A model generated the notes under the pieces. The model was given only the letters and a program-made list of their open reading frames with translations. It did not search any database and was not told the origin of the DNA. The position numbers and the translations under genes are program-made. Shown here one piece after another: positions 41,918 to 51,718 of a stretch of DNA of 64,000 nucleotides (position 1 is its first letter; each line of letters begins with the position of its first letter). The DNA is from a virus. The stretch is from IMG/VR virus record IMGVR_UViG_3300036715_000153, positions 76,395 to 140,394 of that record, one strand, 5' to 3'.

Positions 41918-42891
41918 TTTAGTAATTCTGAATCGGGCGGAAGGAACTTTCCGGTGAGCCCTAGCTTAGCTTTACGCTTTTTCCATTCAGCTTGGAGATT
42001 GTCGGGAACGTCGCATCTTGTACTGTCTAATATCTTAAGATAGATATCTACCCAAGCATCGTACTTGTCTTTAGGTAGCTTCTTAATAATATCGAACAGT
42101 TTATAATAATTTTGTCTGTCTGCTGTAGTTATCTTTGTATGTAGCGCGTCTGATAATACTTTCAATGCCTTGTCTGGATCGGTTGCAATAACCTCACCAG
42201 TTTCCTTATCTTTAACTCCAGACACGTGATTAAATGACATACCTGCTACTTGGAATAACGCCAACATCCCTTGGGTAGCGTGTAAACCTTTCACGTTAGA
42301 ATCTTCGGGGTACACGTCACCATAATAGCTAAACTTCAACCAGTTTATGTTACCTGCCATCCAGTCGATCTGAACCCCGATGCCTATATCTTTACCTTCA
42401 GGACTTATCTGCGGAAATAAACCAAAGATATTACCTGCAGTGACTTTATTTTCATCGCAATATAGTCTAGGGGCATGTGCATTAATATATACAGTCAGAC
42501 ATTTTAAGAACGCCTTAAATGATAGTTGTTCTGGCGTCGACGTCTTAGCCCGCTTCTCAAGTTTAGCAAATTCTGCATGTACGTCTTTGGGGTCTATCCC
42601 CCACTCAGCAATAGACTTATCAGACATAGTTGCATCTAGTAAAGATGATGTATCTATTCCTAAGTCGATGTCTCCACTGTACGCCTTTTTACCAACTGAA
42701 CCGAGTGGATGAAAGTGTTTGTCATTGAATATCGAGGCCTTCTTGGGGAAGATTTGTTTCAGTTCCTTGAAGTATGCGTCTAACGTCGGCTTAATGTATT
42801 CTAGCTTAATGGAGGCAGTCTTACCCTTGAAGACGTTTCCGCCCTCAGATAGTTGTTCTGTTGTGATGAATTGTAGATATGATTTTATCAT
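41914..42891 (-). CDS. Pol-beta-superfamily nucleotidyltransferase with a capsid-targeting-like N-terminus
   Basis: MIKSYLQFI..EQLSE|GGN; LGSVGKK..SGDIDL, third Asp in VQIDWM. Confidence 0.8.
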   Translation of the reverse strand: MIKSYLQFITTEQLSEGGNVFKGKTASIKLEYIKPTLDAYFKELKQIFPKKASIFNDKHFHPLGSVGKKAYSGDIDLGIDTSSLLDATMSDKSIAEWGIDPKDVHAEFAKLEKRAKTSTPEQLSFKAFLKCLTVYINAHAPRLYCDENKVTAGNIFGLFPQISPEGKDIGIGVQIDWMAGNINWLKFSYYGDVYPEDSNVKGLHATQGMLALFQVAGMSFNHVSGVKDKETGEVIATDPDKALKVLSDALHTKITTADRQNYYKLFDIIKKLPKDKYDAWVDIYLKILDSTRCDVPDNLQAEWKKRKAKLGLTGKFLPPDSELLK

Positions 42892-43961
42892 TTTGAGTTT
42901 ACCTGCATGTCGTATAAATCTGCGCCCTTTTCAATATAGTTCCGGACGTACTGGGTTTTGCTTTCTAACTTCATTCTGATTCGTAGCAGATCGACAACCT
43001 TACCACTTGCATCTTTAGAAGTAATTAATACCTGAGGATACTTTCCATCGCTCTTAACGACAGCAACTATCTTATTCGGGAACACTAATGTCTTAGGATT
43101 ATAAACCTTAGAAACTTTATTTAAATGTACTAATTCTATGTCCTCTGTTCCTATCATGAAGTGAACGATAGCGGATTTTAAAGTCTTTCCGGATGTTTTT
43201 TCTGACGAATCGTTGTAACCCGGTTCCCCCGATATAGCTTGTGCTAGTTCTTCGTAGCTGTATTTTATCGCAGAGTTAATATCGCCTGCTGCATAAAACT
43301 CGGTATATTTTTTCATAACGGAAGGTGGAATAGTAAACCCAAACAGATCCCAAAGAACTTCTTGCTTTGCTGGCTCTGCCCCACCGATCTGCCCAAACTG
43401 CTTAACTACACCTGCTTTCAGAGATACCGATAAGTTTAATTCCGTTTTACCGTTTGGGCCAGACACCTTAACATACACGTCTTGTTTGGTTCCGGTTTGA
43501 TTGCCGATCCCGTCTGCTACGAAATCCATAACATTGACTTGGTTATTCGTATAGAACAACATTGCAGTAGATTTTAGGTTGGCATCGTTTACATAGTGTA
43601 GCGCTGCATCTGTAATAGGCTTGATCCTTTTATTGGAAAATATATCTGGACTGAACAGTGCATCGAGGTTACTCTTAGCTAGTCGAATCGTTAGGTTAAT
43701 TTCATCCTTGATATGTGGATTTTCGTTTGGTGCTTGCCATGTAGCCATAACGGTGTCATTAGTCGTTCTACCTGCTGCGGCAGTCACCGTTTTCATAATG
43801 TCTTTGATGTCTTGCAATACGATATCGCTGTCTCTTTTCATAAACCGCGCAACACATGCTAAGATAAATATGCCTTCAGCAACGTCTCCGGCGTTAAACT
43901 TCGTTATATTCCCAGACACTTCCTCAAGTAAAAACTCTTTATAGCTTAACATTTTTTCCAT
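42888..43961 (-). CDS. Hypothetical protein, possible PD-(D/E)xK nuclease fold, with a capsid-targeting-like N-terminus (likely start 43952)
   Basis: MLSYKEFLLEE; GDVAEG helix, TKQDVYV...SVSLK pattern typical of restriction-endonuclease-like folds. Confidence 0.55.
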   Translation of the reverse strand: MEKMLSYKEFLLEEVSGNITKFNAGDVAEGIFILACVARFMKRDSDIVLQDIKDIMKTVTAAAGRTTNDTVMATWQAPNENPHIKDEINLTIRLAKSNLDALFSPDIFSNKRIKPITDAALHYVNDANLKSTAMLFYTNNQVNVMDFVADGIGNQTGTKQDVYVKVSGPNGKTELNLSVSLKAGVVKQFGQIGGAEPAKQEVLWDLFGFTIPPSVMKKYTEFYAAGDINSAIKYSYEELAQAISGEPGYNDSSEKTSGKTLKSAIVHFMIGTEDIELVHLNKVSKVYNPKTLVFPNKIVAVVKSDGKYPQVLITSKDASGKVVDLLRIRMKLESKTQYVRNYIEKGADLYDMQVNSK

Positions 43962-44971
43962 TTCCCGAATTCAAGCATAGCACGGGCACCACGAAAGGTC
44001 CATGCGTCTAATTCTAATTTAGTTCCCGCGCACACTGCATCATTTAGGTCTTTATGTGCGAACGAGTCGGGAAATATAACTACATTGAAGCCATGCTCGA
44101 TCGCAGTCTTTAACTTCTTTACCCCGACAGGTGCGCGTGGTTCATTATCGAAGACCAATACAAGATTCTCTTTGGGTAACAGATATGCTGCTCGCTCAAG
44201 CGATGCGTCTGCCGTAGCAACACCATTAGGCACCATCATGGAATCTATCGGCCCTTCTGTCACATATATTGGGCTAGATTCGTCGACCAGCTCTAACCCA
44301 AACAGTTTCAGTTCGTCCTCAACCTTGGTAGTGAGATACCGTATTTTGGGATTCGCATCTAGAGAACGACCCTGCATGAATACCAGCTTACCTTCTTTAT
44401 TCCTAAACGGAAACACAACGCGGCAATCGTCGGGTAGCATACTTGTATCTATATCGTAGCCAAACTCTGCTGACATTTCCTTGACCGACGATTTGTAGCC
44501 CTCGGTGTACATGATACGATTCCATTGATCTTTTGGAATCATTCTACTCTCTAGATACTTTACCGCTGTGTGGTTACTGGGAAGCTCTGTAACGGTATAG
44601 AAGAAGTCCGCGATTGTTTTCTTCGAAGGTAGTAATACTTTGCTCGACTTGACCGTCGCATAATCAAATTCCTCTTTAGGTTTAGATACGGATAGCGATT
44701 CTAGTTGGTATTCGGCGTACAGTCCAGGATCGATTTCCTTTATGAACTTTGACAGGTGCATAGACGCTCCGCAGTTAAAGCAACCATATATAAGGTTACC
44801 ACCGCGTTCAAATATTGTACCTCGAGTTTTTGTTTTATTACTTTGAGAGTCGCCGCACAAAGGACACGACATAACCCAATTAGAATTTCCCTTATTTTTG
44901 AAATTTCTAATATACGAAAGTCTGTTGGCAAACATAATTTGAATATATAGCGGAATTCCTTTACTTAACAT
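43946..44971 (-). CDS. gp61: DNA primase
   Basis: CPLCGDS...CFNCG Zn finger, QGRSL, RYLT, VTEGPIDS, DNEPR, KDLND. Confidence 0.96.
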   Translation of the reverse strand: MLSKGIPLYIQIMFANRLSYIRNFKNKGNSNWVMSCPLCGDSQSNKTKTRGTIFERGGNLIYGCFNCGASMHLSKFIKEIDPGLYAEYQLESLSVSKPKEEFDYATVKSSKVLLPSKKTIADFFYTVTELPSNHTAVKYLESRMIPKDQWNRIMYTEGYKSSVKEMSAEFGYDIDTSMLPDDCRVVFPFRNKEGKLVFMQGRSLDANPKIRYLTTKVEDELKLFGLELVDESSPIYVTEGPIDSMMVPNGVATADASLERAAYLLPKENLVLVFDNEPRAPVGVKKLKTAIEHGFNVVIFPDSFAHKDLNDAVCAGTKLELDAWTFRGARAMLEFGKWKKC

Positions 44972-45043
44972 TTCATCCTTAATATATCAGGTTTGATACG
45001 ATATCTGCGGGCCCTAGACACTCTACGACATACTTGAATAAGT

Positions 45044-45080
45044 AAGAGAAAGCCAATCTTAAACAAACTGGCTTTCTTTT
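45044..45080. terminator. Terminator-like hairpin
   Basis: AGAAAGCCA...TGGCTTTCT flanked by A/T runs. Confidence 0.55.
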
Positions 45081-45082
45081 CA

Positions 45083-45232
45083 TTACTCTGTCGCGTCTTT
45101 TGGATTCATAGTTTCACGAACCAGCTTCAGTGCAGTGTTAACACTTGTGAAAACAAACTGACCTGCTTCTGTAGATACTACGAAGCCGTTCTCTACCGCT
45201 TCAATGTGTGCAAATGGTTTAGACTCGGTCAT
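45083..45232 (-). CDS. 49-aa hypothetical protein
   Basis: MTESKPFAHIEAVENGFVV...; abuts the upstream gene. Confidence 0.55.
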   Translation of the reverse strand: MTESKPFAHIEAVENGFVVSTEAGQFVFTSVNTALKLVRETMNPKDATE

Positions 45233-45233
45233 A

Positions 45234-45428
45234 TTAACCCACCAACGTGTAAGTAGTGACGCCGTACGTATTCTTGCCAGTTACGATACGATGCCCTTCT
45301 TGTGCCAGATCGTAGATACGCTTTGCTACGCTAGCTTGTGGCATACCGAAACGCTGTGCGGCTTGGGCGGTCGAGAGAGGCTTGCCGCTTTGCAGAGACG
45401 CCAATACTTTTGATTTTTGTGATACCAT
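45234..45428 (-). CDS. Small winged-HTH DNA-binding protein
   Basis: KVL..L..G..LS..QA..RFG......RI.DL...G..I; AAGGAAG RBS. Confidence 0.75.
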   Translation of the reverse strand: MVSQKSKVLASLQSGKPLSTAQAAQRFGMPQASVAKRIYDLAQEGHRIVTGKNTYGVTTYTLVG

Positions 45429-45496
45429 GTTGTACTTCCTTTCATCATATATAGATCAGTCTTATTTAATCTTGTGCTGATCGTTACCAAGTAAAC

Positions 45497-45706
45497 TCAC
45501 TTCTTTGCTTCTACCCAATAAATACCCGAACTGGCGTACCCAGATGCCCAACGATAACACCCTGTGTGTCCTCGTAGGCTGAACTGCAAAGATTCGGTGC
45601 CTTGAAATCCTATATTTAATTTCTGTCCATGAAACGGCCCGCCACTTGCTATTACAGTATAGAACTTTTGTTTGTAACGACTGCTTCTGTATTTTGGAAA
45701 CATCAA
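45497..45706 (-). CDS. Hypothetical protein
   Basis: Overlap-coupled to the upstream gene. Confidence 0.6.
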   Translation of the reverse strand: MMFPKYRSSRYKQKFYTVIASGGPFHGQKLNIGFQGTESLQFSLRGHTGCYRWASGYASSGIYWVEAKK

Positions 45707-45936
45707 ATATTCCTCACAATACCGACTAGGTTAATAACAAAGAACATCGCGTTCACCAACATAACAGACTTCACGCCTTGAGCCTTGCTTAACACGACTA
45801 AGCTAGCAACGTTAGCTATTATAAAAATAATGTAGCCATACAGTGCTGCCCCGATATTTGCTGCCACGAGGCAGGCTCCTATAACAGAGCACACCACTAC
45901 TGCTACGTCTGCTATTCTACGAATCATATTAACCAA
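45703..45936 (-). CDS. Small membrane protein (3 predicted TM segments)
   Basis: Three hydrophobic stretches. Confidence 0.7.
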   Translation of the reverse strand: MVNMIRRIADVAVVVCSVIGACLVAANIGAALYGYIIFIIANVASLVVLSKAQGVKSVMLVNAMFFVINLVGIVRNI

Positions 45937-46627
45937 TCCTCAATGTGTTAGGCTTATTGATCTGTCCGTTTAGACTAATACCAGCACCGTACACCTTACC
46001 GCTAGTATATCCTGCGAGTCCTGCCCGTTGTTCCTTGCTAGCCTTTGTCATCAACCTCACACCCATACTTGCTATGAAGTCTGCGTTAGCTTTTGATTCA
46101 GAGTCATACATTGATGCAAGCACGAGCGCAGTACCTGTCGTTTCTTTGTATTCTGCTTCCTGTAACTGTCTAAGTTCTTTACAACGAGCGTATATAACAT
46201 CTGCTGCACCCTTGTAGAAGCTAGTCTTCCAAGAGTTGTCCAATTTGTCTTTACGCGCAACCTTACCGCCTTCTGACTTAATAGATTTGATTATGTATTC
46301 CGACATCATCTGTGCTGTGACTACGTTTGAAGTCTTACCGATAAACTTGTGCTTAAACACTTTACCTTGACGTTCTGAATAATAGGTACAAAAGAACAAT
46401 TGAGCAACAGAGTTCGATATGCGTCTTGCCCACGGAGAACTAAACCCAAGCAAGTCTATTGCCTGACGAATCTCTTTAACAACTAGATCATCTTCATCCA
46501 GATTATACTTAGACATCGTTTTGTATGCCATACGGAGCGCATTATCACGTTCTCCTTGGGCTGCTGCTGGGTCATTTGCAATCGCCATCATCTTTTTAAC
46601 TCTGCTAATTATCGTATCTGTGCTCAT
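45929..46627 (-). CDS. DUF2786-domain protein
   Basis: II.RVKK..A.A.D.....GE...A...A...M.KY.L N-terminus; SF..G and G...G..I.LN. Confidence 0.8.
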   Translation of the reverse strand: MSTDTIISRVKKMMAIANDPAAAQGERDNALRMAYKTMSKYNLDEDDLVVKEIRQAIDLLGFSSPWARRISNSVAQLFFCTYYSERQGKVFKHKFIGKTSNVVTAQMMSEYIIKSIKSEGGKVARKDKLDNSWKTSFYKGAADVIYARCKELRQLQEAEYKETTGTALVLASMYDSESKANADFIASMGVRLMTKASKEQRAGLAGYTSGKVYGAGISLNGQINKPNTLRIG

Positions 46628-46662
46628 AATGTAGTCTCCTGTTTCGTAAAGTTCATGTAGTG

Positions 46663-46690
46663 ATTATACAGCCTTGTACGAATAAATCAA
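46663..46690 (-). promoter_or_regulatory. Sigma70-type early promoter (IHF-consensus site upstream at 46712-46724)
   Basis: TTGATT-16 bp-TATAAT; AATCAATGACTTA matches WATCAANNNNTTR. Confidence 0.7.
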
Positions 46691-46721
46691 CCTTTATTTG
46701 GACCCTAAAACAATCAATGAC

Positions 46722-47123
46722 TTACCATCTACCTAAAACCAACTTATATTCCATTTCCCATAAGTTTCTGTCTTTGTACGGCACGATTATTATGTCAGAC
46801 ATATCGAATCCCTTAAATGTGGCTGGGCAGTGAACGATATCTAGAAGCTTCCATTCAGTCAACAATCTGGATATCGTGTATAAGTTGCTACGCTCGTCTG
46901 GAGTTAGCTCTTCTACATGTAGTCCATTTAAGGCTAGCCCAGTCTTGTAGTTAATTAAGAAGTATCTGCCTTGGATGTGCATGATATTCCAGAACAGCGT
47001 TAACGTCTTTACCTCACACTGTTTTGCTTTACCGATCCGTTCTAGCGTTTCTTTAATACGCAGGAAATCTGCCTCTTGTTTGATTGATATTTCTATCATG
47101 TCGTCTAATAGCAGTTCTATCAT
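46722..47123 (-). CDS. regA: Translational repressor
   Basis: DFL.IKETL.RIG, H.QGRYF, I..LL..W.L, W....K; follows gp62. Confidence 0.85.
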   Translation of the reverse strand: MIELLLDDMIEISIKQEADFLRIKETLERIGKAKQCEVKTLTLFWNIMHIQGRYFLINYKTGLALNGLHVEELTPDERSNLYTISRLLTEWKLLDIVHCPATFKGFDMSDIIIVPYKDRNLWEMEYKLVLGRW

Positions 47124-47494
47124 GCTCTGCCGCCCTTGTTAGTTCTTTCTTTTAGCCGTTCTATCTCAGTCGGGGTAATCATATCTACGATAGATCTTGC
47201 ATAGGTGTCAGAATAGCCATAGCAACTCTTTAGTAGTTCCACGACATCGTCGCTTTCGGCCTTATGCCACTTACCGAACCTTTTACCCTTTTTAACAGTG
47301 TTATATAAAAAGTCGAACTGCATCTTTTTGTCGATGTGCGACATTTGATTTACTTGGTTCGCGAGTAGCACTGTATCGGCGAACTGACTCAATCCCTTGT
47401 TAATCATAAACGGAACATAATCCTTTTCCATGTCCGTCGACCACAGATGTTGTTTCTTTTCATTTATGATAGATAATATATCGAATGGAGTCAT
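47120..47494 (-). CDS. gp62: Clamp loader small subunit
   Basis: Y.PFMINKGLS.F.DT...AN..N, Q.DFL...V.K.KRF.KW, YGYS, KGG. Confidence 0.92.
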   Translation of the reverse strand: MTPFDILSIINEKKQHLWSTDMEKDYVPFMINKGLSQFADTVLLANQVNQMSHIDKKMQFDFLYNTVKKGKRFGKWHKAESDDVVELLKSCYGYSDTYARSIVDMITPTEIERLKERTNKGGRA

Positions 47495-47589
47495 CTAACA
47501 ATCTTCCGCATGTTGAGTATTGCCATCTTCGTCGGTATCCCAAAAGAACACAACACTTTTTCCGTATACTGATACATCGACCATGAATA

Positions 47590-48552
47590 TCATTTGAACT
47601 CGACTCCCGACATAACTTCAATGGAAAATGCTGCCATATTTAACTCTTGGTCAGGACACGTTACAGACTTATATTGATACTCGGCGATAATTAATACTAT
47701 CTGCGGAATGCTCTGTGGCTCAACTAAGTCATACATCGAATCATACATCGCGCGGAATACAGCATCGGTAGACATCGTTCCAATGTTCTCTGCAATCCAC
47801 TTACGCGCATCTTTAAATGACTTAGCCTTAAGAGCTGCAGTAAACGCATCAATGCTATTATTAGATCCGTACTTAACCACATCTCCGTCGATCTTCCCAG
47901 TAGCAGAAGCATAACGTTGTAGTTCGTTGAGCGTTCGACGATAGTCTGGAAAATGTTTAGTGATTACTTCTACGAGTGCTCGTTTATCGAACCCGATACC
48001 CTCGTTAGTGAGGATCGCTCCAGCACGATCAAACATTTGCTTAGCTAACGCTGGCTTATCTTCATTGTTAATATGGAAATCAATAACAGAACAGCGGGAG
48101 TGTATTGGCTGAATAATACGATTAGGAAAGTTACAAGTAAGAAAGAATCTAACATGTTGAGAATATTCCTCCATGAACGCCCTGAAGGCAGATTGTAAAA
48201 TAGGTGTCGATGAATCAAACTCATCGCAAATAATAACCTTAGTATTACCAGACAAAGACACGCTAGATGCGTATTGAGTCATCGTGGTTCTCAGGACATC
48301 GATACCTCGATCGTTTGATAGGTTTAGTAAGATGAAGTCAAACCCGAGTTCGTTACACAGTGCCTTGGCAATAGTTGTTTTGCCTTGCCCGGCGCCGCCA
48401 GACAGTAGTAGGTGTGGTGTATCCTTGCGCTCGACGTAACCTTTAAAAATGTCTTTAATGTTCTTCGGCAGTACACATGCGTCGATTGTAATTGGACGGT
48501 ATGCTTCTGTCCAAATAGATTCCATGGGGTGAGTCTTCGTCACTTCGTTCAT
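47590..48552 (-). CDS. gp44: Clamp loader large subunit
   Basis: W.E.YRP, G.AG.GKTT.AKALC, DEFD, PIHSRC, FPD.R. Confidence 0.96.
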   Translation of the reverse strand: MNEVTKTHPMESIWTEAYRPITIDACVLPKNIKDIFKGYVERKDTPHLLLSGGAGQGKTTIAKALCNELGFDFILLNLSNDRGIDVLRTTMTQYASSVSLSGNTKVIICDEFDSSTPILQSAFRAFMEEYSQHVRFFLTCNFPNRIIQPIHSRCSVIDFHINNEDKPALAKQMFDRAGAILTNEGIGFDKRALVEVITKHFPDYRRTLNELQRYASATGKIDGDVVKYGSNNSIDAFTAALKAKSFKDARKWIAENIGTMSTDAVFRAMYDSMYDLVEPQSIPQIVLIIAEYQYKSVTCPDQELNMAAFSIEVMSGVEFK

Positions 48553-48601
48553 ATTATATTCCTGTGGTTATTCGTTAGGGTGGAATCTCGCCACCCAGAT
48601 G

Positions 48602-49291
48602 TTAGTTTTGTGCTACTTTGCTACTTGCTTCCATTGCCACAAACAGTGCCATACGAGCCGAAGTAAACTTCACCAGACCTTTAAAGGAGATGTTAACCGT
48701 ATACTCGTCTGCCAGCAGTTTCAAGTTCTCGACACGCAAATCCACAGTGTATGTTGATTGTGGCTCATCGCTTACAGGGATAGTCATTACGTTAGCACTA
48801 GGGTTTTTCTTGTCACATACATTAATAGAGATGCCATCTCCAGATCCAATTACTTGGATATCTGGTGCACCGATAACTCCAGATGCCTTAATGATTTGAG
48901 CAAGCGTGTCCGCAGTCAGCTTAAACGTCGCATCCCATGATGGATCGGGGTTTGCCTTGGATGGATATACCAACAACTCTTTAGCAGATGCAACATACTT
49001 GAGCTTAGTGCCTTTCGTTTGACCGGATTCTGTAATCGTTACAAACTTTTCTGTGAACGTTAACTCTGGAGTCTTAAACAATGTAAGCGATGCGAGCAGC
49101 TCACCTAGGTTGTAGACCGGGAACTCAACAGGGAACGTTTCCGCGACCTCAGATTTAAACACAACGTTCTTGCCTACGCTCATGCTCCAGATAAGATTGC
49201 TATCCTCACGAATTAACATGTTCTGGTTTACAGAATAAGCCATACGCATCAACTCTACTGTTTCTTTACTTAGTACGATACTCTTTGACAT
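48602..49291 (-). CDS. gp45: Sliding clamp
   Basis: LS.ET, F..Y.L.E.L..L.LF..P, ENLKL...Y.V; synteny 45-44-62-regA. Confidence 0.9.
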   Translation of the reverse strand: MSKSIVLSKETVELMRMAYSVNQNMLIREDSNLIWSMSVGKNVVFKSEVAETFPVEFPVYNLGELLASLTLFKTPELTFTEKFVTITESGQTKGTKLKYVASAKELLVYPSKANPDPSWDATFKLTADTLAQIIKASGVIGAPDIQVIGSGDGISINVCDKKNPSANVMTIPVSDEPQSTYTVDLRVENLKLLADEYTVNISFKGLVKFTSARMALFVAMEASSKVAQN

Positions 49292-49329
49292 CTTATATTC
49301 CTCTTCTTTGTTGTTAGTTAATCATTATA

Positions 49330-50031
49330 TTATACGACTGGGGTGTTGTCAACTTCATTTTCGTTTAATGGCATTTCTGCATTCTCGGGCAATTCTAATA
49401 ACTTAGACAATGCTCCGTTGTAGAGTATATCAAGGTTGTCGTGTAGATAGCCATCAAACATACCGTGTTTGATCGATTCTTCTGCATCCATAAACACATC
49501 ACAATCTTTAACTAGGTGCTTTTTGATGTATTTGATATCTTTGCCCGTTTCTTTGACGTACGTATTAACGATACGCTTTGCTGTCATCTCAAAGTCTTTA
49601 ACGCGAGCCATTAAGTCTACGTGTTTAGATGTACCTTCTCCAAAGTCTGCAGAGTATTGATGAGACAACACAGAACAATTCTCATCAATCAGTCTAGTTT
49701 CACATGACATCGCAATAAACAGAGCAGCAGAGGAACACGTACCAACTGCAACACAATTCACAGGGATGAGCGATGATTTAATAAAAGCGATTAGAGCGTA
49801 TGCAGCAGACACATCCCCACCGCCAGAATTGATTATTAAGGTGATCGACTCGTGTTTACCTTTAAGACTCTCTGTGTGTATAAACTGCGACGCATTGCTA
49901 CACGACTGCTCTGTTATAGTTCCCTTAAGATAATACACTCCAGTTTCTTGCGATTCACTGTACACTGGATCTATCATACTTTCCAGGGACAGTTCTTCGA
50001 CTGCACTTTCGTCAGACGACATTCGTTTCAT
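49330..50031 (-). CDS. clpP: ClpP-like serine protease (S14)
   Basis: GGAGG RBS; INSGGG, G.CSSAA (catalytic Ser), SHQ (His), D.FM.AEE....G..D. Confidence 0.8.
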   Translation of the reverse strand: MKRMSSDESAVEELSLESMIDPVYSESQETGVYYLKGTITEQSCSNASQFIHTESLKGKHESITLIINSGGGDVSAAYALIAFIKSSLIPVNCVAVGTCSSAALFIAMSCETRLIDENCSVLSHQYSADFGEGTSKHVDLMARVKDFEMTAKRIVNTYVKETGKDIKYIKKHLVKDCDVFMDAEESIKHGMFDGYLHDNLDILYNGALSKLLELPENAEMPLNENEVDNTPVV

Positions 50032-50032
50032 A

Positions 50033-50359
50033 TTACCTCCGTTTCTTTTTAGACTGAGGTGCCGGTTCTGATACGACAACATCAGGAGTAGACTCCACAA
50101 CAGGTTCGACGACATCTAATGATACAACTTCTGTTTTAATCTGTTTACCGTGCTCCCAATACTCTACGTGACCGTTTAATCGCACAATAGCAGGTCCGTC
50201 TTTTCTGTGAAGTTGGTTGTCCTTGAGATACCACTTTTCTCCGTTGGGAAATTCGATTGCTGGGCCATCATCGCAATGTAGTCCAACCTTAACCCCGTCG
50301 ACGACTTTAAATCGTTCGACTTTACCATCTGGGTGTGTTACTACTAACTCTTCTGTCAT
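50033..50359 (-). CDS. Protein with LHRxDGPA repeats
   Basis: LHCDDGPA and LHRKDGPA repeats with WY/YW beta hairpins. Confidence 0.75.
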   Translation of the reverse strand: MTEELVVTHPDGKVERFKVVDGVKVGLHCDDGPAIEFPNGEKWYLKDNQLHRKDGPAIVRLNGHVEYWEHGKQIKTEVVSLDVVEPVVESTPDVVVSEPAPQSKKKRR

Positions 50360-50392
50360 TATACGTCCTTTACTGTTAAAGTGTGATTGAAT

Positions 50393-50986
50393 TCACAAAC
50401 CATTAAAAATCCTTCGTAGTGGTTTATCGAGATACCGGCTGTGTTCCATATTGCTCCAGAAATAATTACCAGAAATAATAGCATTCTGAATTACATTTAA
50501 AAGCGGATTAATTTCAGTAAGTGGTTTTAACTCGCAACAAATATAGATTTGATTTTCTTTGCTTTTCTCTGCGTAGTGTATGCCTATCTTCTTATCGAAG
50601 TTATCTTTTTCTGAGCAGATAGAAGGATATACTTTAATGATATTATTCTTGTAATTGATATCACAGATAAGAGTAGCACCACCTTTAGCCGCGATCTCAG
50701 TTGTATCATAATTAAAGCCACGCACATGACGAATCACGGTTACTACATCTGGCTTTTCTTCTTTCTTAGGTGATTCGGTTGAAAGAAGAAACTGTGCTTT
50801 CTCTAAACCAAGATATGTAATAATATTAATAGCAGAACCATCTTTATCTACTAGATAATAATGATTTTCTCCTGAAATGATGTTAGTTAGAGAGCAAAGA
50901 ATTGCCTCATACTTAACATCGAACAACATTCCTGTTTTATTGACGTGTGCTTTCTTCCCGTCTATGAAATCTTGCAGATTAAACAT
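50393..50986 (-). CDS. Hypothetical protein
   Basis: AAGGAG RBS; CS.KDNF.KK.G motif. Confidence 0.7.
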   Translation of the reverse strand: MFNLQDFIDGKKAHVNKTGMLFDVKYEAILCSLTNIISGENHYYLVDKDGSAINIITYLGLEKAQFLLSTESPKKEEKPDVVTVIRHVRGFNYDTTEIAAKGGATLICDINYKNNIIKVYPSICSEKDNFDKKIGIHYAEKSKENQIYICCELKPLTEINPLLNVIQNAIISGNYFWSNMEHSRYLDKPLRRIFNGL

Positions 50987-51349
50987 TATACATACTCCTT
51001 ATTAGTTGTGTCAATATCTCGAACGCTTTCTTTCTTTACCATATACACACATTTAAAAACTGTTTCATACACGACATCGTAAATCTGACCGATCTTGTCG
51101 TGGTACCAAGTTCTAATATCCCCGCCGTGTGCTTCCGATGAAACAATCTTTTCCCCGATCATAAAATCTCCTCATTTAATTTGTTATTCAAGAACTCACG
51201 CACGATCATGTTAATAGGATTAGATACCGCATTCATCTTTGCCTATGTAACGTGCTTGATGTTGTACGTTCTTAACTACATCTCGGAATCTACCGATACT
51301 ATTGTATGGTATATGTTTCATTTCTTTTACTCATCCATTACTAATGGTG

Positions 51350-51718
51350 CTATGCTAGCAATTGTACATTCTTTAACGTTGATATTGGGCTATTACACCA
51401 ACCCGCAATAAACTCTGATATAGATCCATACTTACCTATAGAAACCACATACTCTGAATTCTCTTCGGTGTTATATGCGACCTGATATCTCTTAGGTTCT
51501 TCAGTTTCTCTCATCGCCTCAGACTTCTCTGCATAGTTTGTGTGATAATAGTGTTTACTGTCAACAAACCCAACAGGATATCCATCAATGTCTGTTAGGA
51601 TATCAGCGAACATTGCGTCATTTTCATTTCCAGCTGGCTCGAACACGAGACCTTTTAGCTTGTATGTTTTACCAGGGAATTCACTCAATGTATATGTTTT
51701 GATGGTATCGAATTTCAT
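51350..51718 (-). CDS. Hypothetical protein
   Basis: GGAG RBS supplied by the upstream repeat. Confidence 0.65.
   Translation of the reverse strand: MKFDTIKTYTLSEFPGKTYKLKGLVFEPAGNENDAMFADILTDIDGYPVGFVDSKHYYHTNYAEKSEAMRETEEPKRYQVAYNTEENSEYVVSIGKYGSISEFIAGWCNSPISTLKNVQLLA

Noticed and set aside
45703-45936. Holin call for the 3-TM protein
   Set aside because: Sits in an early-promoter operon far from the endolysin; hydrophobicity alone is not enough.
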